64,000 bases of DNA from Pecten maximus (Eukaryota): positions 16,988,001-17,052,000 of the forward strand of contig NC_047025.1 in the NCBI RefSeq assembly GCF_902652985.1, in the 5' to 3' direction. This document shows, piece after piece, positions 1 through 13,369 of this stretch; position 1 is the first letter of the stretch; the number at the start of each line of letters is the position of its first letter. Made by a program: the position numbers and the translations under genes. Below the pieces are notes generated by a model that saw nothing but the letters and a program-made list of their open reading frames with translations, made no database searches and was not told the origin of the DNA.

Positions 1-484
1 AACCAGTAAGTAAAGTTTTCGTGACGTTAACCAGTAAGTGTAGTTTATGTTGCGTTTACTAGTAAGTGAAGTTTGCGTGACGTTTACCAGTAAGTGAAGT
101 TTTTGTGACGTTTACCAATAAGTGAAGTTACGTGACGTTAACCAGAAAGTGTAGTTTACGTGACGTTAACCAGTAAGTATAGTTTACGTTGCGTTAAACC
201 ACTAAGTGTAGGTTTACATAACGTGAACCAGTAAGTGAAGTTTACGTTGCGTTAACCAGTAAGTGAAGTTTACGTGACGTTAACCAGTAAGTGTAGTTTA
301 CGTGACGTTAACCAGTAAGTGTAGTTTACGTTGCGTTAAACCAGTAAGTGTAGGTTTACATAACGTGAACCAGTAAGTGAAGTTTACGTGACGTTTACCA
401 GTAAGTGTAGTTTACGTGACGTTAACCAGTAAGTGAAGTTTGCGTGACGTTAACCAGTAAGTGAAGTTTGTGTGACGTTTACTA
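1..484. repeat. Tandem minisatellite, ~28-bp unit (AACCAGTAAGTGWAGTTTACGTGACGTT), ~17 copies, cut by window start
   Basis: Unit read directly; a few 27-30 bp indel variants. Confidence 0.95.
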
Positions 485-584
485 TTTAATTAGCTTTTAT
501 CTTTGAGCTGATACCATTGCTATAATTGTTTTGAAATAGGCCATGCCATGTTTTCGCTGACTGAGCTAATTTCCCTCTACACAG

Positions 585-823
585 TACAAGTGCATATAAG
601 AACATCATCTGTCATTTTCCGTCATCGGACACAACCCCCGAATATCTCTGTGAGGTGGCTGGAGATCAGTTTATGGACGGTCGAGACAAGGACAGTCTGA
701 GGATGGAAAGATGTGACGTCATGTTGCCAGATCATGTACTCGGTATGGACTTTGGTCGTCATGGTGAAGCAGAGATCCGTCCGTACATCATAAACACCAA
801 TCAGCATGACGTCATTGCTACAG
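585..823 (+). CDS. Probable internal coding exon of an unidentified gene continuing upstream of the window (TSAYKNIICHFPSSDTTPEYLCEVAGDQFMDG...IRPYIINTNQHDVIAT)
   Basis: Branch-like GCTAAT, pyrimidine tract and acceptor TTTCCCTCTACACAG (AG 583-584); 79 open codons, GC higher than flanks; donor ACAG|GTATAT (GT 824-825). A possible next acceptor TTTTCCCTCAG at 1061-1062 would add V-L-stop. No family recognised. Confidence 0.5.
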
Positions 824-1895
824 GTATATTTCCCCCATTTTTCTTTTCAAAGATATATTCCTATTTATCATTCGCTTTGTTTCTACTATGAAACCATGTT
901 GATCGAATACCTTATAAATAACGTTCTACAAAGATAGTGTCCCTTTAAATACGTTAAGTAACCACGTACAGATAAAGACATATGTTATGTTTGATATATT
1001 TATCCCCCCTCCCAAAATAACTCTTTTCTTCAGCTTAGTTGTCAATCCGTATTTTCCCTCAGTTTTGTGATTTTGGAACTATGTTTTACATTATGTGTTT
1101 GGACCACCAGTCAAGAGTGTGTTGGCTATAACAGAAGCACAATTCGAAACTTGGAACTTGGACAGCTGAGGAACACTATCATTATTAAGGGGCTTAACAA
1201 ATGTTACGTTAACACTGTTTCGGTACATGAGTGTAACACTGTTTACTCCCGGGGTGGACAGAGATTGTAGAGGACTACTGGTAAACTGTAGAGGCTGTAG
1301 ACTAATTAAACTATCTAAAGGTTGGTGTATTGGAATGGAGTACCAGTAATATACCGATTGACATGGAGCCATATACATAACGTCATAGCTGAACGTTATC
1401 AAAAACTGCATTTAAAAATATACATAATTACCGTAATGCTAGTTGCTATAAGAGTTGTTGCATACCTGATAGATCGTTTTCTGATGACGTATTTTATTCG
1501 ATAGCTAGCCTTCAGCAATTTAAATCAATTTCAAATAGTATATTGAAACTAACTCGAGTTACCTCCCGTCGAACAGGATTGTACAAATTGATAAAGTTTC
1601 GTCCTTCTACGACTGTGTGGAAATTCAGAATGTAAGGCGGAGGAACCGGGCAGAGGTGAACAGATTTGATACATTTTGCGACGTAAGATATATTATTTTT
1701 GAAGGACATGCAAATACGTATCACGCTATTCACAAGAATGTAAGCGTGGTATGCAGGATAACTACTTTTTCCATAAAAACACTTTAGCCTACATTAAATC
1801 CTCAGGTACTCGGGTTCCGGAAATATAATGATTTTTATAAAATAATTTTTGTCCACTCTTGTGTTGGGTAGATCCGTTAGCTGTCTGTCCTTTAA

Positions 1896-2358
1896 AGGAC
1901 TCACACAACTAAATAATTTACTATATGTTATAACTAGTGACCCCATCCCTTTATTCGCTCGTTTGAAGTTCAAATGATGTGAAATTTATATCAAATTAAA
2001 GTTTGAAGTTTTTTCTATCGGATGAATGTTGTTATTGTATAGGTTTAATGGCATATTAGAGCACAAGGGTACTCAAAAGACAGTAACCCTGACATTAACA
2101 GTACACTGGGGAACCCCCACCTGGGGAATTCCCGCCTTTTTACACCTCGAATCCTACGCCATTCTATTTTCAGTAGGACTGTATATTTTTGATTTTCCAA
2201 ACCTCAATACCATACACTTTATTCTCGTATATAGAAAGTACCCATTTCATATGTTATTTAGTCAGGAAAACAGCTACAAACCTAAGAAACACATTTTCCT
2301 CAGGGACTTGGTTCGGGTGAAACACCAGCTGATTGGCTGATTTAGTTGTGTGAGTCCT
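1896..2358. mobile_element. Non-autonomous TIR element (MITE), Kolobok-like (AG..CT termini, TTAA target)
   Basis: Perfect 19-bp TIR AGGACTCACACAACTAAAT (1896-1914) / ATTTAGTTGTGTGAGTCCT (2340-2358); flanks TTAA (1892-1895) and TAAA (2359-2362). Superfamily is inferred from termini. Confidence 0.7.
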
Positions 2359-2382
2359 TAAATTATCTGTGTTAATTGCTCT

Positions 2383-2787
2383 CATACGAGGACGAATGGC
2401 AAGGAGACACCAACAGCCAAGTTCATACGAGGACGAATGACAAGGAGACACCAACAACCAAGTTCATACGAGGACAAATGGCAAGGAGACACCAACAGCA
2501 AAGTTCATACGGGGACGAATGGCAAGGAGACACCAGCAGCCAAGTTCATACGAGGACGAACGGCATGGAAACACCAACAGCCAAGTTCATACGAGGACGA
2601 ATGGCATGGAAACACCAACAGTCAAGTTCATACGAGGACGAATGGCATGGAAACACCAACAGCCAAGTTCATACGAGGACGAATGGCAAGGAGACATCAA
2701 CAGCCAAGTTCATACGAGGACGAATGGCAAAGAGACACCAGCAGCCAAGGTCATACGAGGACGAATGGCAAAGAGACATCAACAGCA
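2383..2787. repeat. Tandem minisatellite, 41-bp unit (CATACGAGGACGAATGGCAAGGAGACACCAACAGCCAAGTT), ~10 copies
   Basis: Unit starts at 2383, 2424, 2465; explains the three overlapping repetitive ORFs. Confidence 0.95.
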
Positions 2788-5700
2788 GAAAAAAATCACA
2801 GAAAGGGATATCAGACAGGAAAGCTACAGATAGTATTTATTTATTACAGAATCTGATGCAGATCGAGTCCAATTGCCGCGAGTAAAATATGACGTAGGCC
2901 TGTACCATGACCTCGAGCCTCTGCTTCATCTAAACTTACATGATCTTAGAATGCCGCTGAGGGGCGAACATCACCAGGTCAAAGGTTATTCCGTAAGTAG
3001 AATAGACACACGTTAAAGCCTCACTATGAGTTCGTAATATACGAAATTCGAAAATGTGTTAAATGATAGAACAATGCAATTAAAACCGGGAAACTACCCA
3101 TGCACTAATTAAGGGTAATCTCTAATTTGGTGACCCGCTCTCTATATGTAAATGAGCCGCGAAAAATATGCACACATACGCAAACTGATTTTAGACGTTT
3201 ATTACTTATTTTACTTATGAATTGTTGACGTAACTGAGCATACTTGAAGGGAATTACATGAAGATAACTCCATAAAAGGAATTATGAGGTTTAGCTGAAT
3301 CAAGTTGTATATCTATAAACAAAAATATAGAGAGGCTTTAAATATATAACATACATGTACTTGTTAAATAAAAAAAATATGACCCTGATAGAAGTTTTAT
3401 TTATGGAGCATATTCATTGCAGTTTGTGTGGCCTATTGTGGAGATTTTAGTTTTAAAATATTAAAAAGGAAAAAAAAATAAAAATAAAATAAAATGTTGT
3501 TTTAGTCACATTACTTACCTTATCACTTAGTTGGTACATTTCTCTAGACTATCATATGATAGATGGTCTATTAATGTCACTAGTTAACTCTAATAAACAC
3601 AGAGGGTAAGCATATTACTGTACCATTTGTCACGAGTCGGAATGATCTCTCTCTTTGGATACTGAAGGTAGTGGATGCTAGTATAATTCTCACCACAACG
3701 TCACATGGCCCGTAATCAGTTCAAATAAAGCGAATAACACAGACAAGTAGATCAGCCCGACTTTCCTCTGTCCTGAAACCAGACTTTCAATTCAGTCCAA
3801 TTTTATACCGAGAGTTTTACAACTTCTGTTTTAACCCTCTGACAGATAAAATACCTATCTGTCATAATGTCTAAATCTGGTGTCGTGGCCATACCAGACA
3901 TCTATCTGTCAAACTGTCTATGTCAGGGCTAGTGGAAACTCGGACTAACAACATATATATATATACGTAAGTAAATCATTGTGCAATTTTAATGGATTGT
4001 TGTCGTTTTTTTCCAGATCGTTAACCTCCAGTAACCTCCAGTGTCCTGTTTCCTTTCCTGGAAAGTCATCAGCTTCGCCCAGAGATCCATTTTCATCTCT
4101 GAAGTCAATTTGAGAATCTGTTGACATTAAATGTTTCATCCTACTGTTGTCTCCATGTCTGTGGTGTTTATCCCGATGTCAATTCCCTGATATTGTATTG
4201 GTTCTGTTTCGGCATGGTGCGACTCACTGGCTAACAATACTCTCCATACAGTGGTTTAATTCCTATACACCCCGTTTAAGAAAGTATAAGAATCTTTTAT
4301 GTGTGTGTATGAATGTATAAGATAAAGGATATTTCTCCTGGACGGGAACAATTAAGCTGTGTGAAGTTTGTTCAACATTCATATTCACTGTCGCATGTCG
4401 AGCTGGCTCAATATTCAAATGTTGCTTGTTAAATGTCAAATTCCTTAATGTCGTATGGTGTATGTTGAATGTTGAACCAACTTCATCTGTTCAAAAATTA
4501 TGATAAAATCCGGCGATCCGTTGTTTTACCAAACCCCCCGGACACCGACACACGTTACGATGCAATAAATGATATATGAAAAGGTCCTGAGAATTTGTTG
4601 CAGTCTATTGTGTACTGGGACCTTCCTAGCACTATTCAGACGTTTTTCGGGGCTAGATCACAGGCGCTTGCATAGAAAATGTGATTTTCCAAAAAAATTG
4701 ATATGGCAGTGGTATGCGGCTAGATTGGAATTGTAGTGGTGTTATTTTGACCGAAGTTTAGTCTATCCTGAAGTGAACCCCCTCCCTCCTCTTGTCCGTT
4801 TTCCCAATAAGATATGGAGCGTGATATTCGCCCTCATGAACAGTGTCTTTTCGCAACAATACAAACATTCGCTATTTCACGCTATGGGATGCCGGAATGG
4901 AGATCGCCATTGTTTTGTGATCCGACGAGCAAAAGAAGACTAGGGAGGCGAAATTTGTCTGGCAGATAGTACTGTCGACTCAGATAAATACAATTTTTAG
5001 ATACAATTTACATGTTCAATACAAATGTATCATTTCGATAGCAAATGATGCGAGGTTTTGATGCTTTGGAGGATTCTTTTTCGTGAAATGTCCACAGAAT
5101 CACAATTATGTTGGTCATTAACGTTCCAAAACTATACTATGAAAAATTGGTGAACCTCCATAACTTCGGAACCTCGCTTACAGTTCCGTCAATAACCCTA
5201 AAGATCTGTCAGCAGAGGTGTCATCAGGTGTCCGTATATATCATATATAACTGAAACACGAGGTTTCTACAGACTAGTAATTCTTTAATGAATCATGAAT
5301 TTACACTTAATGCAATTTGATAAACAATACAAAATCTAAATGTTCAAGGGCACACCTGGGCCATTTAACATGTAACTGAGGTAATATCATACAAACGATA
5401 TACAATGTACATAGAAATCTAATGTCCGTTTTCGAAATCCCACTTCCGAGATATAAGTCAGTTTTCATTCCACTCGAATTAGTTTGTAAAATTTACCCCG
5501 CCAACACAATATTATCGGAACGTGAACTTTGACCTGACAAGCCTAAAACAATAGGAACACTATTGTATCACGTGTCATTTTATTGGATCCGAATGGGACG
5601 GGAACTGACCAATCGGAGTGAGCTTTCGAAAGGCACATAGAAAATAAATTGGCACCAGATAGCTAAAAGACAAAATACATCGGGATATAAAATACATATA

Positions 5701-7395
5701 CAAATATTTATAGATATACGTAATGAAGATAATGCTGGCATTTAAATAACGACTGTTATACAATAATGTCGCTCACTGCACGATGTACAATGTATTGTGA
5801 GATTAAGATATAGGAATTATATTAATCTTTCATTTAAAATGAGAATAATATGAATTTTCGTCGTTATAATAACATGCATAGATACCTTAATTATAATCTT
5901 ATTTGTAAACACATGGATTGAATTTCATTAGTGTAAAATTTATCAAAAAAAAATAAGCTTAGTAGAAGAAGGTCACTTAATGAAATGCATATGATAAAAT
6001 TGTATGCAATAAAAATAAAAGAAAATAAAATGAAAACAGAAAATAGTTTTTGCCATTTTGGAACATTTCAAAGTGTCTGTACATTACGAATATAATGACA
6101 GGTGGTAAATTTATTACACATAACTCCCGTTCCAACCGCTCGAAAGGCGAATTGGCTTTCGAATAATGTTCCCAATAATACAAGTACAATTCTTAGAACA
6201 CAATATATATTCTTACAAAAAATGTCCACCATTAAAAATTAAAAATACTTGATACATTAAAAACACCGGACAGATTTCATTGTCATTCATTATATTTGGA
6301 TATAAGGTACAGAACTTAATAACTTAATATCTTTAATACCGAATCAAATATTTTTGAAATTGAAATAAACAATTATTGATATTTAATATGAAACATATGC
6401 TGTTGTTATATATCAATGAGTCAGTCTTTATAGCAAATACTCGGCAAGAAAATGTTAACACATCAAATTATTGTTCTGCACAAATGTAACCATAATTCAC
6501 AAACACCTAATTTACATGTATATAAAAATATATACCTTTCTCTTCACCATCATCATCTTATGAGTATTCTTCGACTGGAACTAAGAGTATTCTTGAATCA
6601 GATCATTTGTTGAGCTGATCTATGGCTCTTGGGCGCTTGATCTGTGATCAGTTACTCGCTAGCTGGTTTACCGTCAATGAGGGGCTACCGAAGAAAGGAC
6701 GCTTCATTGTTGTGGCGGATTCGTAAACATTTGATGGACATATTCACATATTTAACATTTAAATTATCTAACTTTCTTCGAAAAACAGCCAGGTTGAAAT
6801 TTCGAGAAACTCATTAAAAGTATTGAAAACAAAAAATTGAAATCTTGATTTCACTTTTGATGTTATTTGATCTATTTTCTCATCATAGAAAATTATATAA
6901 ATTATACCTACTCAGAAAGGTTTCATTGATACAATGTCTGATTAAATATATGTTGGCTGTTTACAGTCTAAGCATTATAAACGGAAATGGTCATGTTTGT
7001 GTTGGTCTTGGGTAGTACACCATATGATAACTATTGCATTCTTGCAGCATTGCACCTCGACACACGTTTCTATATTTTATATAGATGACGCATCCATTTA
7101 CCATTATATTAACACTTGTATAGTATTGTTATATTAACACTCGCCGTTCTTTAAAACACCATTTCACTCCCGAACCTTGAACAATTTATTATGACTAGAT
7201 ACACTTCTGTAGGACAAGGTATGTGATCCTATGTCCAATTATATATGTTCAAATGACATTTCAATTCATTTATCATGCAATTTCTCTTCTTGAATTAAAC
7301 TAAAAACCAAAGAGCGAAATGGTTCTTTAAAGAATGACCAACTCTACTAATTGATTAATAAGTTCTGGATTTAACAAATCAGAATAAACAAATAT

Positions 7396-7662
7396 TTATT
7401 CTGCTCCGTTTGGCTGTTTCACCTCATCATCTTGAACTTCCGCTTGCGCCGCCTCAACATCTGCTTCCGGTTCTGGCTCTGCATCTTTCTTCATCTCGAT
7501 CTCGATAATCTCGACCTTCTCATCAGATGCTGGCTTCTCCTTGGATTTTCGGCTTCTGATCAAGAACTTTCGTGTTCGGGAGAAGGTAGCACCGGCAGAA
7601 AAGAGGTATTCATACAAGATGGCAGCTAAAAATCCTCCGACGAGGGGTCCAATCCAGAAAAC
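7396..7662 (-). CDS. AQP4-like: Aquaporin exon 3 (terminal): VFWIGPLVGGFLAAILYEYLF...KQPNGAE-stop
   Basis: Acceptor TATCACTTCAG (AG 7664-7663), phase 0; encodes the typical TM6 motif FWxGPLxGG..AA.LY; TAA at 7398-7396. Confidence 0.95.
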   Translation of the reverse strand, partial: VFWIGPLVGGFLAAILYEYLFSAGATFSRTRKFLIRSRKSKEKPASDEKVEIIEIEMKKDAEPEPEADVEAAQAEVQDDEVKQPNGAE

Positions 7663-10600
7663 CTGAAGTGATACAATATAAATGACATTAAAAAAATAAT
7701 AAGTGAATAAAATTATGTTTGTGTAAAAAACTAAAAGCTAATATATATAAATTTGTCATTCAAACATGAACCATACGTTATACTTTTACGTGTGTTTATA
7801 GATAAGAAATGAAAAAAAACTAGATCTACCAAAATGAATTCTGTGGTTAATACCACCAGAATGGCTCAAGGAACAAAGAGGCATATATTTCAGTTTGAAT
7901 ACTGTCTTATCGCCTTAATTAAATGTTATCTTAGCTTATCACCAAAACAGTTGAAGTACTGTAATTTTCACGTAAAACAACAATGACGTAGTCTAAAAAG
8001 TATATCGTTATGACTACGATTTCACGACACGATCTAGTAAACGCCCAAACCTTCACAACTGAATATTTTATATACGAAATCTTAACGAGGAACATCTGTA
8101 CCCACGCATATCATAGCGTTGACCCCATCACACATGCGTTCTCCCCCTCCCCTATACTACTCTTCCCCATAATTAGCTGTTTATTTTGTTCCACTTCGTT
8201 GCTTTCCTTACAGCTCTATTCCACAAACAGATAAAATTGCAGCTTATCTTTCTTACAAAACTCCACAAAAGAATTGACCCCACACAGCAACGAGGGCTCC
8301 ATCGCTTACAGAAGACCACACGGAATTATTCCTTTTGAAATAAAATCTCATTTTTTGCTGGGAAGGCGACATGTTGAACTCTTGGGGTGGTGCTTTATTG
8401 CTCGCTAATTCCTTTTCGTTCGTAAACATTCAAGTTATGTAGATGGATGTCGTCTCATTTTACACACTTAACATAGAATTAATTTCTTTGTCAATTTACA
8501 GTTTCAAAATGTAGTTAAATCGAACAACAAGCGGCAGAATATGAAATTACTCTTGATTCTGTACATAGTATTGGTATTGAAGATAAATCTAACCCAAAAC
8601 AATTTATATTGTAAATAGAATCAATAAATAACAGATGTCGGTTTCATCACAAAATGTGTAGAAAAATACGGGGACGAGTTCCATATGTAATGGTATAGCA
8701 TTATGTCAGTTTTGGTTTCCAAGTAGACCGGAAGTTTCCGATGGGATCATGCGGTGGACCGGAAGTTTCCGATGGTAACATTGGATGAATCCGACATTTC
8801 GGATAGAACATGCTATGGGTTTGAAGGGAACAAAAAGTACTGTAAGTGGTGTTATGATTGAAAGAATATATATGGATGTTTTGGAAACGTGTTTCATTCA
8901 ACGTTTTGTTTCTGTTTGATATCGTGGTACTACATAACCCGGAGACCTATAAAGTGGTTCTTTAAGTGTCTCGTACCGATATTCCCGTTACATGTCAAGT
9001 GCCCCGAAGCCTCGCATACATACAGTTAATGTATTATCGGCATCACTGCCAGCAGTTTAGACTACAAAAACAATTTAAATGTAACATTCTTTTTTAAATA
9101 AACGTTCTATTACATTCATATGAAAATCTTGTTTCTTTTGTTGACATCTGAATTGACATGTGCAATATGCATCTTCACAAAGATCTTTGTCTCGATCTTT
9201 ACAGGGGTCATGACTTTTTGTAATGGCGATTGTACATGTGGCCCGGTACTGGGGAAAGGCCTGTATAAATGTCGGACACTGTTCTCGTGTTAATTATCGT
9301 TAATTTAATCACCGATTATTAAGCAGACACCACGTTGACATTTTCTGTACCTTTCATTAGTGAGAAATTCTGTCGAACGACGGAAAGGCCTATGTAAACT
9401 TGTTGATACAGAAATCGGTTGTTCGACACGTTTCTAGCACGAAGACACTGGTTTCATTTAAATAAGCCGTATACATGATTAATGGCAATGGTACTAAGAG
9501 TACGGGTACGGTTTAACACTCCCCTCCCTAAATACTACAAATAAATTAGGGAAATACAATCTACCCCAAAACCGGGATAGATGTGACCTACACTCGCATG
9601 AGATATATATACAGCACCTTAATTCGTGAAAAAGAAGGAACTCTGTAGATAGGACATGTCACTACATGGTCAGTAATACGGATGTACCAGAGGCTTTTGT
9701 TGTTATATAAGTAATAGTTGTATACGTCTTTATTCTATAAAGACCTATACTAGGTTCTTAATAACTACACAAGCCTGTGTATGTACAGGTCCTAGCTCGG
9801 CGTGGTGTGGTATAGGGTGATGTTAAATCTTATCTCAGCTCGTCATATCGCTGATAACACTTACACGTGTAAATATTTTCAATAACTGGAATTTTCACAA
9901 AATGAGGAATACAATTTATTGAGAGAAAAGGAGAGATAATTAACACGGACTTCAGCTATCAATACTAAATTCCATATAGTACAACTTGGGGCATATTGGG
10001 AATCGGAAACAAAATACGCAATTGCTATTACAAGCGGATGTTCTGCCACTCTTTAAGTTTTGACCCGATTCTGGTATTAAAGCTAATTTAATGGCCTTGC
10101 ACCGCAATCCCCGAGACTGCGGGGAATAGAAGTTATCAGGACAGCCACTTAACTGAGAAAAACTGATTAGATTTTTAGAGTGAGGGGAGGGGGCGAGACC
10201 TCTGTCTCGGTGCTCCTGGTGGTAATAATCCCCGACGGTATGGGGAGTCGGTAGATTTACGGTAACATTGTCATGGTCATCTTAGTATCCGCTTCATTTC
10301 CCTTTAAACTACAAAAACGACCACATTAGGGATTATCAAAGTACCGGGTTTAATAGGTTAAAACATTCAAACAGTACTTGTCTTCTCCACTATTACAGAA
10401 AAAAATGTTATGTTTGTTCACTTTGTTGATATACATTGGTTTTTATATAAAGCTGGTATAACTTGTGATGTTTTCAATGGCATGTCTGACGAAACTGACC
10501 TTTGGGTCCGATATAAATCAACTTCGGCTCATTTAAGATTATTTAAGCCCTGTTGCCAGAGAGTACGCCAAGGATATTTGTTCTAAAACTAATGTTTTAA

Positions 10601-11861
10601 AAGTGTAAAAAAAAGCAATATGCACATCAGCTTGTCAGAGTATAATAAAAACCCATAGCAAAAAAAAAATATATCCGCTTCAGATCTAAGATATCAAAAC
10701 CTCCGATACATACTACTGATGAATGGTTAGGCTCTAGGGAAGTGCATATCTAGATATTTCATCGTTTTTGATCACTTTTATCACTTTAAAAAAGTTTCGG
10801 CATTTATTTGTTTTCTATTGACTATGAATGCCTTCTCCCTAACACCTCGACCTTTTAACTAATGCCAGGATAAATCATACTACCAACTCGTGGTGTCTGA
10901 TAGTCACGGTGATAACGGTTTGTACCGTACGTGCTACTATCAGCGAGCGCAACACGAGCAGAAATTTCAAAAACTGTTACGTCTCTTCTGATTGGCCCGT
11001 TTAAAAGATGGCATTCATTTCGAAAACCATTCAAGCATCGTGCTAACTTTCAAGCTAACTTTACAGATGTTCTTGATCGTTAGAAAACAAAGATGTCAAA
11101 ACTAGTTTATCTGTGCTGCCCGGAAAACGTGTAAGATATCTCCACTCTGACACCTGTTCAAGCTATGCAGATGAGTTAAGGTTTCGGCGTTTTCCCATGC
11201 CGTTTTTCCTTTGACGATCCATTTAGCAACCATGAAAAAATGTAGAAATACATATTCAATTACAATTTGTCCCCACAGGCCAAGTTTAAGTGAAAACAAC
11301 AATTCGAACGTTTGGCGTAGTACTTAATAAGTTTGACCTAGATTTAAACTGCATGGTTGGGCAACGTCGGTGCTTAAGAACAAGCGAGATAATTCGAGGT
11401 TCTGTTTCAATAAAAACAACCGGGCCTCGTAGTGATTTGTACACAGTGGAATTCGTACACAGGTGATTTAGTACAGTCATTTAATCCAATAGATCGCCTA
11501 AATCATTGCTGACGCAGAATAAGAAAATGGATAGCGCTTCAACAGTTACATTGAAGCACGGTTCAAGGTTTCTAAACCCCAATACCATATTTGTCTCTCT
11601 AGACGAACTATGTCCATATAAAGATGTTATCCCTAGTTTGGAAGTTTTGAAGGAGTATATCTCTGAGATATTTTTCGGTCCCACCCCCCATTTTTTCATA
11701 GAAAAAAATAAAAAGATGGCCTAGGTGGTTGGGAAGGGGAACGGTCTCATCATCACAATTTCTAGGGAACACATTCAATGGCGCACGCACGCGATTGCCA
11801 ATCCTACCTCCGGTCATATAATATATATGGTTAAAAGGAACATAGTACCATGATATGGTGC

Positions 11862-12024
11862 TTTTTCGGCATAGCCGTATAATATTCTTTTGGTCCCGGA
11901 TATGACGCACCAGGTGGCGTTACTGGTCAAGATGAAGTATGTGATTGGTCAATGTAGAGGTAAATGCAAAATGCAGATATGCAGTTAAAAACGAAACAAA
12001 GTTAAGAATGCAAGCTGAATAAGT
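11862..12024 (+). repeat. Dispersed repeat, copy A (aquaporin intron 2)
   Basis: Aligns by eye with the reverse complement of 18672-18834 (e.g. CAGGTGGCGTTACTGGTCAAGATGAAGTATGTGATTGGTCAATGTAG). Confidence 0.85.
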
Positions 12025-12439
12025 TATTGTATCTTTTCAAAGGACACATTAATAAAATTATATTCCTGATTCAAATACAGTCTTATTATCACCAAAAATG
12101 ATTCAAACTGATCTAAATTTGTTATTCGTGCTGAGCATTAGTTCGATGATTTATTTCACCAGCAGTTTTCTTTTTAAAAGATATTTCTTTTTTAGTTAAA
12201 TGTTTTAAAAAAATCAAGCGTGTATCATAACGTAATGTTAGATTACCGATATACTCCTATATATGGTTTTATGTCTCGCTATATAATAGTACATTTATCG
12301 CTCTATCTGTTTGATAATTTATCTAAATGCTAAAATTTGTGGTTCGTATCGTTAAGTACTATGATTTCAACCAAAATATTAATAGAACATTGAACATCTG
12401 GCAATATGACAACGAGTGTGATGGCGAATCAGGGGTGAG

Positions 12440-12451
12440 GCAGCGGAGGGG

Positions 12452-12483
<32 letters not shown>

Positions 12484-12680
12484 TGGGGGCGTTAGAGGGG
12501 CGCGCGGAGAGGAGAGAGTTGAGGGAAGGAGAGTGTTGAGACCAAGGAGAAAAGGAAACGGTTGAGCCCAATGAGGGAAGGAAAGAGGAATGAGAGGTAA
12601 GGAAAGAGGAATGAGGGGGAAGGAAAGAGGAAGGAAAGGGCTGGTACTAAGGATGAAAGGAGGGGGAGGTTGGATCAACG
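12440..12680 (+). repeat. Poly-G run (~30 G, 12453-12482) followed by a purine-rich GA tract
   Basis: Read directly; explains the poly-Gly and poly-Pro ORFs. Confidence 0.9.
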
Positions 12681-12881
12681 AAGGAATTCGAGGGTTGCGA
12701 ATAATTTTTTTTTTTAGATATTGAGGGGAAGAGTGGATGTAGACGTGGGTATTTTGAAGGTAATGAATGATGAAGCAACGAAGCAAAAATAGTGATCGGC
12801 ATAAGTGACAGAAATGGGAGGACACAGGAAGAAAAGGTGTGTCATTATAAAATTCTAGATTCACTTCCGGTCAATGCTTAC

Positions 12882-12962
12882 CCAGTGGTTATCCCATTTA
12901 CCGGTTACCACTGCTGGGCCGAAACTCCTGGCGGGGTTCAAACTGCATCCGGTGTATTGGAT
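12882..12962 (-). CDS. AQP4-like: Aquaporin exon 2 (81 bp): [27 protein letters not shown], second NPA motif
   Basis: Found by manual reverse-complement reading: GTTGTTTTCAG|ATC CAA TAC ACC GGA TGC AGT TTG AAC CCC GCC AGG...AAC CAC TGG|GTAAGC. Phase 0 at both ends, joins exons 1 and 3 in frame. Confidence 0.97.
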
Positions 12963-13271
12963 CTGAAAACAACGACAATTGGTGAAAATAACGAAAAATG
13001 AATGTTTATTATTGCACTTTTGATAATACCATTCCGTACATGATTATAATTTCATAGTGTTATAATCTCTGCCTTCAATGTAATAAAATTATTTCGGAAA
13101 CAAAACAAAAATGGATCAGTTCTTACAGAGACTTAAATCGAATTATTCTGTTTCCGACATAAATAAAATCCTAACGAACGCATACTTCGGAAATCCGATC
13201 AAAACACTGAGATACACATTATGATGGGTTAGTATCCATAGTCTCTACAGCACAAAAGTCAGGTTGATATT

Positions 13272-13340
13272 ACACTGTATGCCCCATGTCAATAACACTG
13301 TATGCCCCATGTCAATAACACTGTATGCCCCATGTCAATA
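13272..13340. repeat. 23-bp tandem repeat x3 (ACACTGTATGCCCCATGTCAATA)
   Basis: Read directly. Confidence 0.9.
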
Positions 13341-13369
13341 TTAAGACTGCGACACCGCAAGTTTGGCTT

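Noticed and set aside
4040-4085. Second hammerhead-like core on the minus strand (CTGATGA-CTTTCC-A-GGAAAG-GAAAC)
   Set aside because: No convincing stem I or stem III with an NUH triplet, and stem II opens with C-G instead of the usual G-C.
3945-4175. Coding-looking minus-strand ORF (MKHLMSTDSQIDFRDENG...)
   Set aside because: Short, with no clear acceptor or recognisable domain; cannot be supported without transcripts.
7390-7400. AQP4-type stop-codon readthrough
   Set aside because: The stop is TAA followed by ATA, not the UGA-CUAG readthrough context.
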